DNA from: Mantamonas sphyraenae STR306
Taxonomy: Eukaryota > Protista > CRuMs
NCBI GenBank assembly: GCA_026936335.1
Contig: JAPMXV010000007.1
Coordinates: forward strand, 62,001 to 126,000
Direction: 5' to 3'
Length of the DNA: 64,000 nucleotides
Shown here: positions 22,945 through 31,881 of the stretch, in pieces
Layout of the letters: every line of letters starts with the position of its first letter
Position numbering within the stretch: position 1 is the stretch's first letter
Program-made: the position numbers and the translations under genes
The notes under the pieces: generated by a model
What the model saw: the letters and a program-made list of their open reading frames with translations, nothing else
Told to the model about the DNA's origin: nothing
Database searches by the model: none

Positions 22945-23922
22945 TTACCCCGACGACGAATTTACTTTGCTGCTGACCCAATCCAAGCCCTCGGTGAGTC
23001 CTTCCCCTGTGAGCGCACAACACCCTTGGATGTGCCAGCTGTGTTCCTTGATGCTGTCCAGATCGAGCTCCTCGGAAATCTCGGCCGGACTCATGGAATC
23101 CTTCAAGTCTTGTTTGTTTGCAAAGACGAGCAAGACGCTGGATTTCAAGTCCTGCAAAAGACGGGTGCCATCGTATGCGAGGTTAGAGCTGGGCTTTACG
23201 CTGTGGCCATGCTGGAGCGCTGGGGAGGGCTGGTAACACCTACGTCGTGTGCAAGCATCGTGTCCAACTCGTCCTTGGCCACGCCTATGTACTCTCTGTC
23301 TGTGCTGTCGATCACCAGAATGATTGCCTGTGCAGCAAACAAGGTAGGGCGCGTGTGTGAGTGTGTCTGGCCCTCTGCTGCCTGCCGTGAGGCCGTGGCA
23401 AAACCGGAGGACGGGGAAATGCCCGCTGCGAGAAGCCAAGGCGAATTCTGCCCTTTGCAGACGCCTCGCTGCTGCGTAGGAAGCACGGCGCAGGTGCAGG
23501 CGCAGCCCCTGGCCAAGCCGCATGTACTTGTGTGCGTGTGCATGGCCGTCGGCGAGTGCACGTCCATGCTGCGTGCACACGGTCCTTCCCACGGGGAAGA
23601 AGCCAAAACGGCTCGGTGAAAAAGGCTCACACGCCTGTGCTTTTTTGCGTTGCGGCAAACTCACCTTTGCCCCCGTGTAGTACGTGTCCCAGGACCTTCT
23701 TAGCGACTCTTGGCCACCTATGTCCCACATTTGGAAGCGTATGTTGTCGTGGACTATCTCCTCCACGTTGGAGCCGATGGTGGGCTTCGTCAGCACCACC
23801 TCGCCGAGCAACAGTTTGTACAGAGTGGTCGTCTTGCCTGCGTTGTCCAGGCCCACAATAATCAACTTGACCTCTTCATCCCCAAAGAATTTTTCCCAGA
23901 TCTTGGACAACGCGAAGCCCAT
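22945..23922 (-). CDS. ARL5: ADP-ribosylation factor-like GTPase 5 (two introns)
   Basis: N-terminal [46 protein letters not shown] and [12 protein letters not shown]. Confidence 0.93.
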   Translation of the reverse strand: MGFALSKIWEKFFGDEEVKLIIVGLDNAGKTTTLYKLLLGEVVLTKPTIGSNVEEIVHDNIRFQMWDIGGQESLRRSWDTYYTGAKVSLPQRKKAQACEPFSPSRFGFFPVGRTVCTQHGRALADGHAHAHKYMRLGQGLRLHLRRASYAAARRLQRAEFALASRSGHFPVLRFCHGLTAGSRGPDTLTHAPYLVCCTGNHSGDRQHRQRVHRRGQGRVGHDACTRRRCYQPSPALQHGHSVKPSSNLAYDGTRLLQDLKSSVLLVFANKQDLKDSMSPAEISEELDLDSIKEHSWHIQGCCALTGEGLTEGLDWVSSKVNSSSG

Positions 23923-23969
23923 GGCGAGTTTGGGGCGGCCGGCGCAGGCGCAGCCAGCAAACCGCAAAG

Positions 23970-25012
23970 ATGGTGCGTCGTTGCCCTCCCACGCCAGTCA
24001 TGTTGCCCACCGAGCGCACTCTCACACCTACCCATTGCTGCACCCGCCTCTGCTGCGACTCCTTTGCCCACACACACTTCCATCCCACCAGTCGATTATG
24101 GAGTACAACGGCGGCGCCGTGGTTGGCATGACGGGCAAGAACTGCGTGGCCATTGCCTGCGACACGCGCTTTGGCGTCCAGGGTCAGCTCGTGGCCACCG
24201 ACTTTACAAAGGTGTTCAAGGTCACCGACAACTGTCTCATTGGCCTCGGCGGTCTGGCCACAGATGTGCAGACAGTGTACGTTCCAACCCGAGACGGAAT
24301 CGCCTCCCCTTTCCGCCCAGCCCTCTCGACACCCGTTCTCGCGTCCTCAGCCTCCACCACGTGCCGCCTGCTCACGCACATCACCCCCACTTGCGTCCCT
24401 TGCACCTCGTTCACCCTGGCGCACGTACATGGCCGCCCTTCTCCTCGTCCCGCAGGTATGAGAAGCTCAAGTTTCGCGTCAAGATGTACCGCCTGAAGGA
24501 GGAACGCGAAATCGAGCCCAGCACCTTTGCCAACATGGTTTCGTCGCTTCTTTACGAGCAGAGGTGAGTGTGAGAGGGAGGACAGAGAGCAACAGCGGCA
24601 TGCGTGTGTGGCGCATGGCCGTGTCTGTCTGTGGGAGCAAGGACAAGGGGCGTGGAACCCAACAGCTCACCCGACTCGGCCTACACGCAGGTTTGGCCCG
24701 TTTTTCTGCGAACCCGTCATTGTGGGTCTGGAGGGAAAGGACAAGAAGCCCTTCACGTGCAACATGGACCTCATTGGCGCCCTGTCGGTGAACGAGGACT
24801 TTTCCATTGCCGGCACTTGTCCAGAGAACTTGTTTGGCATGTGCGAGTCTCTGTACAAAACCGACCTGGAGCCCGAGGATCTGTTTGAGAACATCTCACA
24901 GGCTCTGCTGAGTGCCGTCGACCGTGACGCCATCAGTGGCTGGGGAGGCGTCGTGTACCTGCTCACCGAGGACGGCATTGAGCAGCGCACACTCAAGGGC
25001 CGCCAGGATTGA
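23970..25012 (+). CDS. PSMB3: 20S proteasome subunit beta-3; the first coding exon is the ATG alone (23970-23972); three introns
   Basis: M|[31 protein letters not shown]|YEKLKFR, R|[19 protein letters not shown] and C-terminal LKGRQD. Confidence 0.96.
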
Positions 25013-25276
25013 GCTTCCGTTTGTGCAAATGAAAACACACTCCACACTCCACAACAAAGGAATGACCTCATCCGCCGGTCTCATGCATTTTGGAGCTCGT
25101 GCCGGCCTGCCCCTGCGACACTACAGACTGTTCGGTTCAAGTTGACCCTCGCGCCGCAAACCCAGTTGCCAATGCACTTCCCATTCTGAAGTTTGTTCAT
25201 CCACATTTGGCACGGCTTGTGTCCCGAAGCTGTGCTCGTTTGGTACTTGGCCCGTCCCATAGCCTGTAGGTGGAGG

Positions 25277-28200
25277 ATGGCCAAAAGCTGCGCCGCACTG
25301 GGCAAGCAAACGCACAAAATGAGCGAGCATACAAAGCAAACAAAGCAAACAAAGCAAACAAAGCAGAAAGGCCAAAGGAAACGTAGGCACAGCAACATCG
25401 TCGTTGACCAAGACGATGAGGACGGCCGTTCCGGTCACGAGCGGGGAGACCAGAAGCGGTCTCGCCACCACATGTGCGCTTCCCCCCATTGCGACAGTGT
25501 CCTGCAACTTCAAGAGAGATTCTGCAATGAGTGTGTTCTTTGTGGAAGCGGCCAGGGTTCGGGTTCTGTGGTGGACGTGTACACTGTGCAGCGCCGCAGC
25601 GCGCGGAACAGCAACATCGGCAGCTCCGCCATGTTCCAGGGTGCAGCAGCGGCGCTTGCCGCATCTGCTGATACCATGGACACAGAATGGGAGTCTGGTG
25701 GGATTGAGGAGTACAGCGATGACGACTACGACGACGAGTACAGCGACGACGACGAGGACAGCGACTACGATGAGTACCGGCCGGTCGTGACCCGGCCGCG
25801 GAAAATGCGCCAACCAGTTCTGTTGCCTGCAGCCGCCGAGGAGGTGGGTGGTGACTTCCAACTGGCACCTGGACGACGAGGAGGCAGTGGAAAGGCCAAA
25901 CGGCAGAGGCAGATCTTGCAGGGCTTTGGCATCGAGTTCCAGCAGGGCTTGACTCAGCTGGAGGGTGACGTCGTTGTGTTGGTGGACGTCAGTTCAATCG
26001 TACACACGCGATTGGAGGCAGCCGCACGTGTTGCCGACGTACCCGAGGCCAAGGTGCGTGAGCTGGTGACGCAGTGTGTGGAGGCCGAAAAAGCGGCCAC
26101 CGAGTTGAGGGTCGATCTCTCCGGGGCGGACAGCGTCAAGTTCATCCTCATTTGTGATTTGAAACCTGAATTGATCAACGAGCAAGCCCACTCAGTGACC
26201 TTTGGCACGCACGTGAGGCGCATGGAGGGTACTCTGGCGCAGGTGAACACCATGTGCAAAGCGCTCCGCAAGGTACACAAGGACAAGGACGTCAGCCTCG
26301 ACCGCTTGGCGCAGGGGCACCATCTTTGCTTGAGTGGCCAGGCGCAGGCAGCAGTGTATCATGCTGTGCAAGACCTCTGCTCGCGACACCAGATTTACGA
26401 GCTTGGAAATGAGATCGCCGATGAGACGCACCTGTGCTGTGCGGATGACGTGAAGAACAGGGTTGTGCAGTCGTACGACCAGCAGGAGAACGTCAGCTTC
26501 GTGGTGCCACTGTTCGATACCGATTGGGGGTACAACATCACCAGGCACCCAGTGTGCTTGGTGCACCGCAAGCTTGGCTGGGCCACAGTTCTGCCGGAGG
26601 TGGGGAAACTGGTTTGCCTGGTTGCTGCGCTGCAGCTGTCCGGTGATGTCGAGGCAACCGTCAGGGCACCGCGTCGCAGTATGCTCTCCTTGGAAGAAGA
26701 GAGCCTGCGCGAGCTCCTGGAAGGCGGGGAAAGCTTGCTGGGGTACATCTACGCCCCAATCCTGGAAAACGACACATCCATTGCACATCTACTGCAAGGT
26801 ACATGTGGCACACAGCCCGCGTCAAATCACCGTCGCCTGGTGGAGCAACACGCACAAAAGTACCTGGCTGGTGTGAGGCTGTACCTGATTCAGTTTGGGT
26901 TTGACGATGCAACCATCAAGACTCTGATGTGTTTGGATTCATGGCAGGATGTGTTTGGTACAGGTGGAATGTCCGCCCACCTGGACACAGAGGGATTGCC
27001 TGTGGCGCAAGTGCTGGGCGTTGCCGAGCTGGACGGCGGCGGCGGGCAAGTCGATGCCCTGTTTCAGAGATACGTCGCACAGTATGCCGTGGCTGAGCAC
27101 GACACATTGCGTGAGGCACGTGTGTTGCCACCAGGAGACGTGGTTCAGCACGCACAGGCGCTGCGCGGTGCACAGACCCTCTCCACTGTGCTGCCTGACC
27201 TGAAGGCCAGTGTGGTTTCCCGTTGGGAAGCCAGGGAGCCACACAAAGCACTTGCTGTGCCATTGACGGACTTGCAGTCCCGACATGCACACCGTGTGAC
27301 CGTTGACTTCACCGCTGTTGGAATGGAGGGCCTGGCGGCGGCTGCGGTGGGGGACGCAGACACCAGCTACACCAATCCAGCCAGCATGTACAACAACATG
27401 CTGTCAGTCCGGAAGTGGAAGAGCCTGTGCCGCAAACACATTCCAGGCAAGTTCCACCGCCAGCAGCTGAGCAATTTGCACGGCGTGCTGGACACCGATA
27501 CTTGCGAGCAGCTCAAGGACACGGATTTGGGAAACGCCATGATGAAGGAGGAGGTGGGTATCGATTTGTCCATGAGCGTGTTCATCGGCAGTACGCAGCA
27601 ACTGGCCAGCTTGCTGGGAGGTGTGGCACCGAGCAACGAGGAGGCGGCGTTGTGGAACACAAGGGTCAGCGACGCCATCGACCACGTCTACGGATCGCCA
27701 CAAGTCGATGGTGGTGCCCACGAGGGCTCACGGTTGGACTGTGTCATTGACACCATCTTGCCAGCGCCAGAAGACGACGACTGGGGGGTGTTCTTGGGGC
27801 TCACCACACCCAAGCTCGACTCAGACCAAACAGAGCGACTGGCATCGGGCTCATGTGTGGTGGAGCTTGGTACGCTTGCGGAGCTGCGCAACTCTGCATT
27901 GATCGCTGAAGATGCGGTGGACCAGCTGACGCTAATGGGGCAGGCCTTTGGCGTGATCGCTGCGGTGCAGAGTGATCTCCTCGAATGCTGTCGGCTCGAA
28001 CCACACAAGGAGCTCGCGAATGTCCTGTCGGCCACGTGCCAGCTGAAGAAGGGTCATTTCTACTTGAAGGCACCCCCGGATGTGAACATCACAAGCGAGG
28101 CAGATTCCATGTTCCCCGGCTTCATTCCTGTGACGACAGACCTCGTGCTGAGCAGGACACACAACGGTGACATCGTGGCCGAGTACTTGGACGAGATGGG

Positions 28201-30808
28201 TAACGAGGCCGCGCGCGAAGGGATGGATGTCAGTGGACTGCCTTCCGGTACGTTTCAAACCCTGTGCGAGCGAGGTGCTGCACACGTGGTCGCCGGATGG
28301 AGGGTCATGCTGATGGGCCAGGCCAGCGACAACATTGTGGACCTGGCAGTGGCATCTCACGACCTCGAGCGCCGCGATGTCCTGGATTTCGTCAAACGCA
28401 TGCACAAGGACGACGATGACGATGGGGACTCGTACATTCCAGACACAACCACAAGCACAGCATGCGAGCGTGCTGTCGTGGCCGTGCTGCGCTCAGTGGC
28501 GGGTGTTTCCTTGCAGAGGTACAAGACACTCATGGGCAAGAAAGACTCCAGCACAGCCTCCCATGCCTGCGCGTTTAAGCTGGCCAGTGCATGCAACTCC
28601 ACACGGAAGCTGTATGGGGACAAGCACTCCTTCAACCTGCAGCTTGCCGCTGAGCGAGAGAAGCTCTTTGGGCGATGGGCGTTGGGCGCGCTGGTGGACG
28701 GGTTGCTGGCGGCATGCAGGGAGGAGGGGGTGGACAGTATGATGGCCTGGTCTGTTCTGTGTGGAGCCGTATCCTCGACCCCGATTGCGTGCCCAGAAGG
28801 CGAGTACTTGCCGCCGCCGTGCGAGCAGTGCATTTCAGGCCGCACGGACTGTGAATGCGATGTCGGCAATTGGTTACACAACGCAAAGCTGAGTGACAAT
28901 TCCCCGCAGGTTCACGGCCTGCGATCGTCACTTGCCTGGCATATGATGATGGTCGAGGACGACGGCGAGAGCGGCTGCGGCAGCAGCCGCCTGTTCCCGC
29001 CAAACGCCATCGAGGCGATGCACGTGTGTGCCTCAAGGTGCGCAACCGGCACTGCTCGCATTGTCACCTACAACGACGACATCATTCCCGCGGGAGAGAT
29101 GGGATCGTACACCGACGCCTTGTTTCTCGCGGCCTTCGACATCTTTCGCGTGGTTGACCCATCGCACGCCCCCCGGATTGCGAAAACACCCTTCATCAAC
29201 GGGGAGCACATCTCGGTCCGGATGTTCTCCGCCGTCCATATGCTTCACGTGCGGCACTGGCAGGTGCCTGCCGGGACAGGGCAGCGCCGGCTGTACCATC
29301 TGGAGAATCTCATCCTCCCTCACGAACGCCTCTCCCTGTTCCCCACCCTACGCTCGAGCCTCCACCTTCTCCGGAACCCTGTTGCAACGGCGACACCACG
29401 TCCCACCGACGATGCAGAACTGCTCCGGTTCTTGCAGGGAGACAAGCGGATCCTCGACGATACACCAGATGCTGTTCCTGCACAATCGTCACCGTTTGTG
29501 TCTCACAGCAACCAGCGGTACAGCTTTTCGAGAAACGGCAAGGGCGCCCTGGAAGGCACATCGAAACGGGGCCGCGACGGAGACGCACACACGGAGCAAC
29601 AGCGCAGCCAACGACGCCTCATTGACCGTGTTGCGGGTGTGGTTGTCAGGCTGTGCCAGATTGGCATGTATGTCGCCTCCTACCAACACCAGGAGGGCCG
29701 GTTGGAGAACGATCCCCAACACACGGCCCATGGTCACGGAGTGGCACGAACTCAGACTGCTGCAGTACACAACCTGCTCCGCAAGTGGCTCCCGCGTTCG
29801 GCCGAGAAGATAATCCGTCTGGGGTTGTGCCCACAGTCACTGGAACACACGCGGCGTCCGCACGGCGTTGTCAGCTCGTTCACACGGCTCATTCCGCTGA
29901 GCACCGAGGCGAACAATCGATTGCAGCTTGTGGGCATGGACCCGGGGATCTCGAACGCGCCATCTGCTTTGTGCATCCCGAGGAAGAAGCCCGCCAAGGA
30001 CGCCGACAACCCGGTCCACTTCGCAGATGCCTGGCGCTTCTCGCCACCCTCGCTAGGGGCCTTGGAACGAAAGACAGGACTCAAGCGCGACAATGCACAG
30101 CTCTCTGTGACGGTGCGTGAGAAGATGCAGGTCCTGCGCAGCAAACGTGCCGGGTTGTTTGCGGACGTGCACATTGCGGCAAGGACTGGACGGGTGCTGA
30201 GGAGCCAGTGCAGCGGCAAGAACCTGGCGTCGTCTGAACAATGTTCATCCGCTCATGTGCATGACGGATGCAACCAGAGTGGCCACAGTGAGACGCTTCA
30301 TCGACGCGACAAGAACGGCAAGGTGCGCAAACTCCGGGAACGCTGGCTGGCGCAGGTACGGGCGACCGAGAAGATGCAGTTGAAGAAGGGGCAACTGCGA
30401 CGCATCACACTGCTGTGCATTGGTGACGGATACAAGGGGGGCCGTGGCGGTGTGAAGAAGCTCGAAGCTCTGGCCGCGCACAACATGCTCGTTGTGCGTG
30501 TAAATGAGTGTAACACAACGCTGCGATGCCCCACATGTGGCAGTGTGCACGAGAGCAAGCACGGGAGTGCACGCACTGCGCGTGTCAAGTACTGTACGCG
30601 ATGCAACATGCACCGGAACCGGGACTTTGCCAGCGCACAAGCAATCGCGAACAAGGTGTACGCTGCGCTTCGCGGACACACCATATGGTGCATGACCAAG
30701 GTTTGGCAACGGAGTCAGATCGGAAGGACGTTCCGAAGCAAGATTGGTCTGCCAGAGGACGTGGACGGCAAGGCAGAGACCCTGGAGGCGAATTCGAGTG
30801 CAGGCTGA
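25277..30808 (+). CDS. Giant Fanzor/TnpB-like RNA-guided nuclease (about 1,843 aa from the first ATG) with a putative N-terminal PIN/FEN-like domain
   Basis: RuvC-I LVGMDPG, CIGDG at the canonical RuvC-II position, shifted glutamate VNECNTT, zinc ribbon CPTC...CTRC, and RuvC-III NRDFASAQAI. N-terminal VLVD / LICD / ADD / DTD / LSGD acidic motifs. Intronless. Confidence 0.85.
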   Translation: MAKSCAALGKQTHKMSEHTKQTKQTKQTKQKGQRKRRHSNIVVDQDDEDGRSGHERGDQKRSRHHMCASPHCDSVLQLQERFCNECVLCGSGQGSGSVVDVYTVQRRSARNSNIGSSAMFQGAAAALAASADTMDTEWESGGIEEYSDDDYDDEYSDDDEDSDYDEYRPVVTRPRKMRQPVLLPAAAEEVGGDFQLAPGRRGGSGKAKRQRQILQGFGIEFQQGLTQLEGDVVVLVDVSSIVHTRLEAAARVADVPEAKVRELVTQCVEAEKAATELRVDLSGADSVKFILICDLKPELINEQAHSVTFGTHVRRMEGTLAQVNTMCKALRKVHKDKDVSLDRLAQGHHLCLSGQAQAAVYHAVQDLCSRHQIYELGNEIADETHLCCADDVKNRVVQSYDQQENVSFVVPLFDTDWGYNITRHPVCLVHRKLGWATVLPEVGKLVCLVAALQLSGDVEATVRAPRRSMLSLEEESLRELLEGGESLLGYIYAPILENDTSIAHLLQGTCGTQPASNHRRLVEQHAQKYLAGVRLYLIQFGFDDATIKTLMCLDSWQDVFGTGGMSAHLDTEGLPVAQVLGVAELDGGGGQVDALFQRYVAQYAVAEHDTLREARVLPPGDVVQHAQALRGAQTLSTVLPDLKASVVSRWEAREPHKALAVPLTDLQSRHAHRVTVDFTAVGMEGLAAAAVGDADTSYTNPASMYNNMLSVRKWKSLCRKHIPGKFHRQQLSNLHGVLDTDTCEQLKDTDLGNAMMKEEVGIDLSMSVFIGSTQQLASLLGGVAPSNEEAALWNTRVSDAIDHVYGSPQVDGGAHEGSRLDCVIDTILPAPEDDDWGVFLGLTTPKLDSDQTERLASGSCVVELGTLAELRNSALIAEDAVDQLTLMGQAFGVIAAVQSDLLECCRLEPHKELANVLSATCQLKKGHFYLKAPPDVNITSEADSMFPGFIPVTTDLVLSRTHNGDIVAEYLDEMGNEAAREGMDVSGLPSGTFQTLCERGAAHVVAGWRVMLMGQASDNIVDLAVASHDLERRDVLDFVKRMHKDDDDDGDSYIPDTTTSTACERAVVAVLRSVAGVSLQRYKTLMGKKDSSTASHACAFKLASACNSTRKLYGDKHSFNLQLAAEREKLFGRWALGALVDGLLAACREEGVDSMMAWSVLCGAVSSTPIACPEGEYLPPPCEQCISGRTDCECDVGNWLHNAKLSDNSPQVHGLRSSLAWHMMMVEDDGESGCGSSRLFPPNAIEAMHVCASRCATGTARIVTYNDDIIPAGEMGSYTDALFLAAFDIFRVVDPSHAPRIAKTPFINGEHISVRMFSAVHMLHVRHWQVPAGTGQRRLYHLENLILPHERLSLFPTLRSSLHLLRNPVATATPRPTDDAELLRFLQGDKRILDDTPDAVPAQSSPFVSHSNQRYSFSRNGKGALEGTSKRGRDGDAHTEQQRSQRRLIDRVAGVVVRLCQIGMYVASYQHQEGRLENDPQHTAHGHGVARTQTAAVHNLLRKWLPRSAEKIIRLGLCPQSLEHTRRPHGVVSSFTRLIPLSTEANNRLQLVGMDPGISNAPSALCIPRKKPAKDADNPVHFADAWRFSPPSLGALERKTGLKRDNAQLSVTVREKMQVLRSKRAGLFADVHIAARTGRVLRSQCSGKNLASSEQCSSAHVHDGCNQSGHSETLHRRDKNGKVRKLRERWLAQVRATEKMQLKKGQLRRITLLCIGDGYKGGRGGVKKLEALAAHNMLVVRVNECNTTLRCPTCGSVHESKHGSARTARVKYCTRCNMHRNRDFASAQAIANKVYAALRGHTIWCMTKVWQRSQIGRTFRSKIGLPEDVDGKAETLEANSSAG
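25331..25366. repeat. 9-bp tandem repeat encoding (TKQ)4
   Basis: acaaagcaa repeated about four times. Confidence 0.85.
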
Positions 30809-30972
30809 GGACGGGGCACCAGGACCGTCAACCAACCAACCAACCAACCAACCAACACTGGGTGTATTATGCCACCTGACACAGGACGTTCGGTTCAAAT
30901 TGAGCCCACTCGCGTTTGCGCGAGCTGACTCAATTGAACCGAACAGCCTGTAGACGAAAACACAGAAATGGG
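30809..30972 (+). ncRNA. Candidate Fanzor omega-RNA: scaffold in the element's right end plus flank-derived guide; boundaries uncertain
   Basis: A 71-nt hairpin at 30881-30951 ends at the right TIR, downstream of the Fanzor ORF, which is the established position of TnpB/Fanzor guide RNAs. Confidence 0.6.
30829..30856. repeat. (CAAC)7 microsatellite inside the element's 3' end
   Basis: Direct reading of the sequence. Confidence 0.95.
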
Positions 30973-31707
30973 ACGCGATAGCACTAGCCAGCCGGTCAGG
31001 TTCGTTGTAGCGTGAGGCCAATAGGCGCTCTTGTGTGTGTGGATGAGAGAGAGATGGCGTCGTGGCTGCAGCAGAGAGCCGACAGGGTGACGCTCAATTG
31101 CTGCGGCTCGGCCACGCATGCACGAGACCCGTTTTTCGCCTCGCCTGCCTACAGGCATGCTTGTGGCCGGCCATACACCGCACATCCACACGTGGATGCT
31201 ATGCGGCTAGCCAAACATGCCGTGTGCGAGGTCTGCATGTTGCGTGGGCTCGTGCTAGCGTGCACGCTGAGGGCAGGCGCATGCAATTTTTTCCCTCGCA
31301 GAATCCCCTTGCTGCTGCTTTCTTTGCCTCTACAGCCTCGCTTACACATCTCACTCTCCTACAGATTGTACACAAAGGGCGTGGTCACTGGTTTCAGGCG
31401 AAACCACCGCAACCACCAGCCGCACACCGTGATCTGCAAGGTGGACGGCGTGCAGACCAAGGAGGATGCCCAGTTCTACGTCGGCAAGCGCGTCGCATAC
31501 GTCTACCGCGCCTCGCGCCCGCAGAAGGTCAGCAGCAAGGTCGAGACCCGCACCGGCAAGAACCAGACCAACTACCGTGTCATCTGGGGCCGCCTGGTCG
31601 CTGTCCATGGCAACAACGGAGCCATGCGCGCCAAGTTCCGCAACAACTACCCGGCCAAGGCCTTTGGCGCCACCATCCGCGTCATGCTCTACCCGTCGAG
31701 CATCTAA
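30968..31707 (+). CDS. RPL35A: 60S ribosomal protein L35a (eL33); exons 30968-30999 and 31365-31707
   Basis: Spliced MGRDSTSQPVR|LYTKGVVTGFRR...FYVGKRVAYVYRA...RVIWG...HGNNGAMRAKF...IRVMLYPSSI, with a phase-2 GT-AG intron. Confidence 0.95.
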
Positions 31708-31881
31708 ATGGGCTCATTCCCACAAATGAACTGTTGTCTAGCGGTACCTTGTCTCTAGGACGTCTTGCGTGTCCATCTCTGCGCGCTTGGAGAAGATCAG
31801 ATCGCGCAAATTGCGCAAGTCTTTGTTTGCCTCCCCTGCATCACCCCGCCTCGTCTCTTCAACGACTACACATCGATCCGA

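Larger units (their letters stand above)
25124..30950 (+). mobile_element. TIR DNA transposon with IS630/Tc1-mariner-like ends, carrying a Fanzor-like gene; no recognisable transposase
   Basis: Left TIR cagactgttcggttcaa (25124-25140) and right TIR ttgaaccgaacagcctg (30934-30950) match at 16/17 positions. TA is duplicated on both sides (25122-25123, 30951-30952), and the reconstructed empty site is CTAG. Confidence 0.88.

Noticed and set aside
25277-30808. Tc1/mariner DDE transposase within the element
   Set aside because: No DD34D/E-type motifs recognised by eye, so the element is treated as non-autonomous pending profile searches.
30874-31001. Outer stem acctgac/gtcaggt extending the omega-RNA fold
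   Set aside because: Only 7 bp, and the 3' arm lies outside the element in the RPL35A exon/donor, so it is probably chance.
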